Positions 25,508 through 30,231 of a stretch of 30,231 bases of DNA are shown in pieces (position 1 is the stretch's first letter; each line of letters starts with the position of its first letter). This DNA is from a virus (Duplodnaviria > Caudoviricetes), in the IMG/VR virus record IMGVR_UViG_3300037325_000089, positions 1 through 30,231 of that record, one strand, 5' to 3'. The translations under genes were made by a program, and so were the position numbers. The notes under the pieces were generated by a model that saw nothing but the letters and a program-made list of their open reading frames with translations, searched no databases and was not told the DNA's origin.

Positions 25508-25781
25508 CTTCTCCAACGTCCTCAGAGGCGTAAGGATCGGTTTTGCCGCCACCCGAGTTTGCATAAAGGGTCTCCAAATCCATCTTGACGTAGCCGAGAG
25601 AGTGGAACGAGGCAGCGTGCGCCTTGTTGAGCATGGCGGTCTCTCCGGGGTCGCAGTACACGCCGCGAGAGTCACAGACCCGCGTGCGGGTGACTTCAAA
25701 CGGGCGGAGCTCTTCCGGGGTTTTCTTGGCCGCTTGAGCGTCAGCATAGGCAGCGGATCGGGCAGCGCGACGAGTGACCAT
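25494..25781 (-). CDS. hypothetical protein (95 aa)
   Basis: GAGGT RBS; follows the major capsid gene. Confidence 0.7.
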   Translation of the reverse strand: MVTRRAARSAAYADAQAAKKTPEELRPFEVTRTRVCDSRGVYCDPGETAMLNKAHAASFHSLGYVKMDLETLYANSGGGKTDPYASEDVGEDDAE

Positions 25782-25811
25782 AGGGTGTACCTCTGTTTAC
25801 GGTGTAGTGAC

Positions 25812-25831
25812 ATTCCCCCTAGCGGGGGAAT
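25812..25831. promoter_or_regulatory. perfect palindrome copy downstream of the capsid gene (possible terminator role)
   Basis: ATTCCCCC-TAGC-GGGGGAAT, extended by AC/GT on each side. Intergenic, 17 bp after the capsid stop. Confidence 0.6.
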
Positions 25832-25848
25832 GTTTGTCGGTGTGCCGG

Positions 25849-26856
25849 TTACGAAGGAGCGTTTGTGGTGTCGCGGCGGATACCCATGGCCTTCTCGTTG
25901 TCCACCTGCAAGCCGTACTCGCACCACACAAGCACGCTGTCGGCGTGGCCAGTCTTGGCGAGCGGCTTCTGCTGCACAGTTTCGAGGTAGGCAACAGCAA
26001 TGTACTCAGGGTCCATCACGAAGACGTTGTAGCTGTCGTTGTCGCCAGCAGGGTTGTTGGTCGGCTGCAAGCGATTTGGAACAACCGTAAGCTGCCCAAA
26101 GTCGCTGTCGTAGATGTCGATAGCGTTGACGATGCTGCGATCCACGGTGTCCTTGTACCGCGTCGCGTTGCCGGTGAACGCCTGCGACACGCGCCGCTTG
26201 TTGCCGCTGTTCACCATGATGATGGAGGGGTTGCCACCTTCGTTCCAGATGTCTTCGATCAAAGAGTTGAGATCGGCTTCCGCAAAGAGGACTGCCGTAG
26301 TGCCCGGCGTGGCAATGGCGTTCGGGTAGCCCTCAGTGGTGCCAGAGAGGGTGGGGTTTGCGCCACCAGACTCAAACACGACGTTGGTACGCAAGAACGC
26401 AGGGAGACCAGCGGTAACGCGCGCGGTGCCCGACGACCCAGCGGCTGCGGCGACGTTCGACAAAAGCATCGTCTCTTTGTCGCGCTTCATCTCACGCATT
26501 TTGAGCGTGATCTGCGTTGCAAGCCGCTGAATGTTCTGCGCTGCGGCGGTGACAGCATCAGAAGTATGCGACACGCTGACGACTTTATCAGAAATCTGCG
26601 TGAAGTTTGACAGACGCAGCGCAAGGTTGCCGGTGTTGAGTGCAGGAGCGGCCTCGCCCTCAATCACACGGTTGCCAGCATCGACTGCGGCCAGTTCGAC
26701 CACGGGCCACTCGAACAGCACGTTGTCAGCGGTGTCTGACCGGATGACTTGTTGAAACGGGGTCTCCTCGGGAGAGATCATCACGTACGCCTCTTGCAAG
26801 TCCTCGCGGATCACAGAGTTGTCGTAAGTCTCGACAGTGTTGGCGAGCACGGCCAT
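25849..26856 (-). CDS. major capsid protein (DUF5309/SU10-like)
   Basis: REDL..ISPEETPF, FEW, N.TQI..K.VSVS, KRD.E, Y.SDFG.L.VVPNR, LAKTG..EYGL.V.NEKA.G. Confidence 0.92.
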   Translation of the reverse strand: MAVLANTVETYDNSVIREDLQEAYVMISPEETPFQQVIRSDTADNVLFEWPVVELAAVDAGNRVIEGEAAPALNTGNLALRLSNFTQISDKVVSVSHTSDAVTAAAQNIQRLATQITLKMREMKRDKETMLLSNVAAAAGSSGTARVTAGLPAFLRTNVVFESGGANPTLSGTTEGYPNAIATPGTTAVLFAEADLNSLIEDIWNEGGNPSIIMVNSGNKRRVSQAFTGNATRYKDTVDRSIVNAIDIYDSDFGQLTVVPNRLQPTNNPAGDNDSYNVFVMDPEYIAVAYLETVQQKPLAKTGHADSVLVWCEYGLQVDNEKAMGIRRDTTNAPS

Positions 26857-26858
26857 GG

Positions 26859-27902
26859 TTATTTCCTTTGGGTGATGAGCGTTGCGGCAATGTCTGAGAC
26901 TTTGCCGCCCCTCGTTCTGGCGCGGATCGTAGCTTCCGTTGTTGCGGCAGCAGCAGCCTTGGCGGCGGTAGCACGGGCAGCGGGTCCGGCGCTAAGGCGA
27001 CGGACGGTGCGCTGCTCGACAGCCTCAACCAGACTTGCAGCGGCGGAAGTCTTTGCGGCCAAACGGGCAGCGTGGACTTGCGCCAAATCGTTCATCATCC
27101 GATACATGCGGTGATCCTGAGCAGCAGAGATTTCAGCAGGGGAGTAGCCATAAATCTCAATGGCGACTCTCCGCATCATAGCCAGCCGTGCTTTCCCCTT
27201 CGCAGGGTCTTTTAGCACGGGCAGCGCTTGTACGACCAATGCGGCCTGCTCTCTGGTGTAGCGATCACGGAGGACAAGCATACCCGCCGCATGGTCAGTG
27301 ACCAATTTCTGCACAGCAGCCCGACCATTGCTGACGCGGTTAGCGTCGGCAGTGTAGGCGTCCAGCGCCTCGATGTAGGCGGCAGGGTCGCTGCGCAGAG
27401 AGTCTGCTGGCATAGCAACAAGAGGCGTGTACAGCACCGTCTCAAGGTCGCCCAGCAAACCGATCATACCCGTACTTGCGGCGTCGAACTCAGCAAGCAG
27501 CCGGGTGTGGTCTGCTTGATAGGCGTTCTTGGCTTCGGCGGCTGCTTTGAGCCGGTTTTCGATGCCACCTTCGCCGGACAACGCTTGCTTTGCTTCACGG
27601 AGACTGCGATACACCACCACGCCGTCAATTTTGACTTCGATCAGATCGTCGTCGCTGACGGAGAGGACAGCGCCAGATGCGTCATCTTCCGGGGTAGTAA
27701 GGTCACTCGACAGGGGTGCTGAAAGCAGAGCATCCCCAGCAGACGTGCCCAGTGTGGCAGGAGCGGGTGCCTCGGCAGGGTTGAGAGACAGCTCGACTGC
27801 TTCGAGCGGCGCGGCCACAAGAGCGGCGTCAACATTCCCCTCAGCAGGGGAAATTTGAGCAAGCAGTGCGGCAGCGACCTTCTCTTTGTTTGACTCAACC
27901 AT
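26859..27902 (-). CDS. capsid scaffolding protein
   Basis: Acidic N-terminus, VKIDG..V.L.E motif and helical body; lies between portal and capsid. Confidence 0.8.
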   Translation of the reverse strand: MVESNKEKVAAALLAQISPAEGNVDAALVAAPLEAVELSLNPAEAPAPATLGTSAGDALLSAPLSSDLTTPEDDASGAVLSVSDDDLIEVKIDGVVVYRSLREAKQALSGEGGIENRLKAAAEAKNAYQADHTRLLAEFDAASTGMIGLLGDLETVLYTPLVAMPADSLRSDPAAYIEALDAYTADANRVSNGRAAVQKLVTDHAAGMLVLRDRYTREQAALVVQALPVLKDPAKGKARLAMMRRVAIEIYGYSPAEISAAQDHRMYRMMNDLAQVHAARLAAKTSAAASLVEAVEQRTVRRLSAGPAARATAAKAAAAATTEATIRARTRGGKVSDIAATLITQRK

Positions 27903-28104
27903 TGGCCTTGACCTTCCTCATAAGCGCATCTGCCAGCTTGTGGCGTCGATACGCAACCTCTCGCCCGGCTACATCATCGTCGGATGTGGCCATTAAGTCC
28001 TTGATACATTCTTGCTTTTCGTTTGTCAAGAAGATTTCAAAGTCAGGATTTCTTGCTAGACGCCTCGCTGCGTCCTGCACTCGCTGTTGGTTCAGACTGG
28101 TCAT
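27895..28104 (-). CDS. small conserved head-module protein (69 aa)
   Basis: Probable start ATG 28104 (AGGA RBS); A.RL..NP.F..REVAY pattern; sits between portal and scaffold. Confidence 0.65.
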   Translation of the reverse strand: MTSLNQQRVQDAARRLARNPDFEIFLTNEKQECIKDLMATSDDDVAGREVAYRRHKLADALMRKVKANG

Positions 28105-30196
28105 TGTTCTTGTCCTGTGCTGCGGCAATTTTAGCGGCTAGAGTGTCCGCTTTGAGCTGATTGGCTGCAATCATCGCCTCTTGCACCAGCTTGTCGCGGG
28201 CGATGTCTTGAGTGCCTGCGGCGATGCGCGCTTTGAGAACGCGCTCCTTGGCAGCGTTTTGAGCGTCTGCGGTAATCTTGAGCTGCGATACCTGCGCGTC
28301 CATGCCCTTCATCTGCAAGAGCGCCTGCGAAGGGTCCATAGGAGTATTCTGTTTGCCAGACTCAGCAGCCGCAGCTTCGTCCTGCGCTTGGCCGTCCTTG
28401 ATGGCCTTCTCGACTTCGGGAGTAACCACCTTGAAGTACCTGCCGGGGTTAGTCAGCCCAAACAGCATAGTCAAGTCTTCGATGGTGTTGTAAATCTGTT
28501 CCAGAGACGTGAACGGGTTGTCCAGCCCCATGGTTGCCATGATGGACTCTTGCTTCTCCAGAACAAATTGCAGGCCAGCAAGCCTCTGCTCCGGGCTAGT
28601 AGTCCCCAGCCCGACGTTAGGAACAGCAGCAAGATCGCAGCTGAACCCGGTCAGGTTGACCGGCAGCACTACGCCCTTCGTCTGGATAACCTGAATAGGG
28701 TCAAGGTGCGATATGCTGAGGCGCAGCATCTTCTTAAAGATGCCGATAATTGCTGTTTGCACGATGTTGCGCACCATCAGCTCTGCTTGGCCTTTTGCCA
28801 TGGCGATAGTGTTCTGCACCGCTTGCGCATCCGTAGACTGCATCGCATTAGCGTCAAGACCAGTTGACGCCTTTGTAAAGCCGGTGCGCTGTTCCGTGTC
28901 CTGCTCGATGTGCAGGACAAGCGGAAGCAGGCCAGCAGCAGTAAACGGGATGTCTACCACCTGAACAGGCCCGCGACTTTTGATCGGAGCGCCAAGCGCG
29001 GGGTTCATAAGGTCGGCAAAGTCAATCAGTGAGGGGTCGCCAGCAAGCCGAGGGTTGTTTGAGGCGTGTGCGTTGTCCAGCATTGCCCTAAGCAGCGACG
29101 TTTCAATGTCTTGCTTGTCTTCTGTTATGTCGCTAATAGACCTGCCGATAGCGGAGAACGGGATGGGGTCGTGCTGTAGCAAGTCAATTTCATAGTCGTC
29201 AATTTCTTCGTGGTGCAAATACTCGTAAGCATTGCCCCCGAAGTAGAACAGATAAAGCTGAGGGTAGCCCAGTTTTTTGATGTCGAACCAGCAGTAAGTC
29301 TCAGTCAGCATAATATCGACAGCAGTAATATCTTTGCTGTCTGCCATGTCCTGCGTGGGTTGATAACCCCGACGGGTACGAGCAACGTCAGAGTAGTCTC
29401 CGGTCTCTTTGCTAGTAGCTGTAAGAGAACGCCAGTCATCGTGGTCAAGCCCCATCTCGATTGCCTTAGCAACCGTGACTGTCCGCTGCAAGCCGTGTAC
29501 CTTGGCGTCCTCGATCTTTGTGGCTTCGCTGTTGATGAAGAAGGCGTAGATCGGAAACGCTTCAGTGACAATCGAGCCATGAGGAAACGTCTGCGTCGCA
29601 AACACGTTGTACAATGGCGGAACGTCCATATCCCCCTCCACGGGGGATTGTTCCGGCTCAAAATACGTGATTTCGTTGATGTCCACGTTGGGGAGCTCTT
29701 CGATGTCTGAGACTTGAGACGCAGTGACCCCGTACATAGTGAGCTGTCGTGGGGTCGGGCTCTCGACCCAAGTGGTCCTGATTGGACCAGCTTTCAGGCG
29801 AAGAGACTCTTGGATAGCGTTCTGCAACACAAAGTAGCCGCCACTGGCGGCAAAGCGCTGCTGCACAAACAGCTCTTGCTGCTCAATAACGGCAGCGTGG
29901 CTGATATTTGTGGGTATGTAATTCACAGGGCGGTTGGAGTGCATAAGCGTGCGCATGATTGACGGCAGCGCAGTCCTTATGGTGTCGGCGACAACAGTTT
30001 TGACCGCTGTTGACCTGCCCGCAGCCGTGGGAACAGAAGACCCGCCATTTATGTAGTCCTCGGCCACCGCCCAATCAACGCTGAACTCTGATAGCATGAA
30101 CGCCACCGCCGTCTCGGTGTTGGCTTTGGCCTCTAAAGTGGCGGCTTCCAGCGTGATGCCGATTTTCTGCTTTGCCATGACGAGACCGCACTCCAA
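28043..30196 (-). CDS. portal protein
   Basis: GRS..V...V.DTI....PS.MR, P.PFS..GRSI.D...D.Q...T.L.R..LDN....NNPR, E.RTG. The start may be ATG 30178. Confidence 0.9.
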   Translation of the reverse strand: MECGLVMAKQKIGITLEAATLEAKANTETAVAFMLSEFSVDWAVAEDYINGGSSVPTAAGRSTAVKTVVADTIRTALPSIMRTLMHSNRPVNYIPTNISHAAVIEQQELFVQQRFAASGGYFVLQNAIQESLRLKAGPIRTTWVESPTPRQLTMYGVTASQVSDIEELPNVDINEITYFEPEQSPVEGDMDVPPLYNVFATQTFPHGSIVTEAFPIYAFFINSEATKIEDAKVHGLQRTVTVAKAIEMGLDHDDWRSLTATSKETGDYSDVARTRRGYQPTQDMADSKDITAVDIMLTETYCWFDIKKLGYPQLYLFYFGGNAYEYLHHEEIDDYEIDLLQHDPIPFSAIGRSISDITEDKQDIETSLLRAMLDNAHASNNPRLAGDPSLIDFADLMNPALGAPIKSRGPVQVVDIPFTAAGLLPLVLHIEQDTEQRTGFTKASTGLDANAMQSTDAQAVQNTIAMAKGQAELMVRNIVQTAIIGIFKKMLRLSISHLDPIQVIQTKGVVLPVNLTGFSCDLAAVPNVGLGTTSPEQRLAGLQFVLEKQESIMATMGLDNPFTSLEQIYNTIEDLTMLFGLTNPGRYFKVVTPEVEKAIKDGQAQDEAAAAESGKQNTPMDPSQALLQMKGMDAQVSQLKITADAQNAAKERVLKARIAAGTQDIARDKLVQEAMIAANQLKADTLAAKIAAAQDKNNDQSEPTASAGRSEASSKKS

Positions 30197-30231
30197 TTAG
30201 TAGCAATAGTTTCCCCTCTCAGGGGGAAGTT

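Larger units (their letters stand above)
318..30229. repeat. dispersed 20-bp palindromic motif NNTMCCCY-N4-RGGGKANN, 34 copies (putative protein-binding site)
   Basis: Start positions of the 20-mers: 318, 1008, 1327, 1797, 2165, 2755, 2841, 3129, 3961, 5376, 6178, 7207, 8264, 8785, 9283, 10421, 10749, 11835, 12964, 15069, 17134, 18604, 19730, 20828, 21338, 22054, 22927, 23252, 24389, 24763 (1 mismatch), 25812, 27834, 29630 (1 mismatch), 30210. Read by eye, so the list may be incomplete. Confidence 0.95.

Noticed and set aside
25508-25927. N-terminal 140 aa of the 279-aa ORF 25088-25927
   Set aside because: It overlaps the capsid gene and the 95-aa gene. A good RBS supports the start at 25507.
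1-30231. tRNA, rRNA, integrase, transposase or reverse transcriptase
   Set aside because: None recognised by eye. tRNAscan-SE and HMM searches would be needed to exclude them formally.

Overview
This is about 30 kb of a GC-rich dsDNA phage genome with podovirus-type organisation; a proteobacterial host is inferred only. The + strand (1-12961) carries an array of small early genes, an SNF2-type helicase, a Cas4-like exonuclease, an SSB-like protein, DNA polymerase A, a RusA resolvase and a primase-polymerase/helicase. The - strand (30196-12962) carries portal, scaffold, major capsid, adaptor, tail fibre, nozzle, a GNAT-like protein and internal/ejection proteins, one with a tail-lysozyme domain. 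No terminase, lysis genes, integrase or RNA polymerase are recognisable in the window. The main unexplained signal is a 20-bp palindrome with core TMCCCY-N4-RGGGKA. I found it by eye 34 times across the whole window, between genes and inside genes on both strands and in all three reading frames. In the early region it is built into five identical 27-bp palindrome+RBS junctions that separate single-gene cassettes. That array is bracketed by two copies of a 63-nt covarying stem-loop element. A ribbon-helix-helix-like protein (3462-4037) is a candidate binder. All protein calls are from motif recognition, with no database searches.
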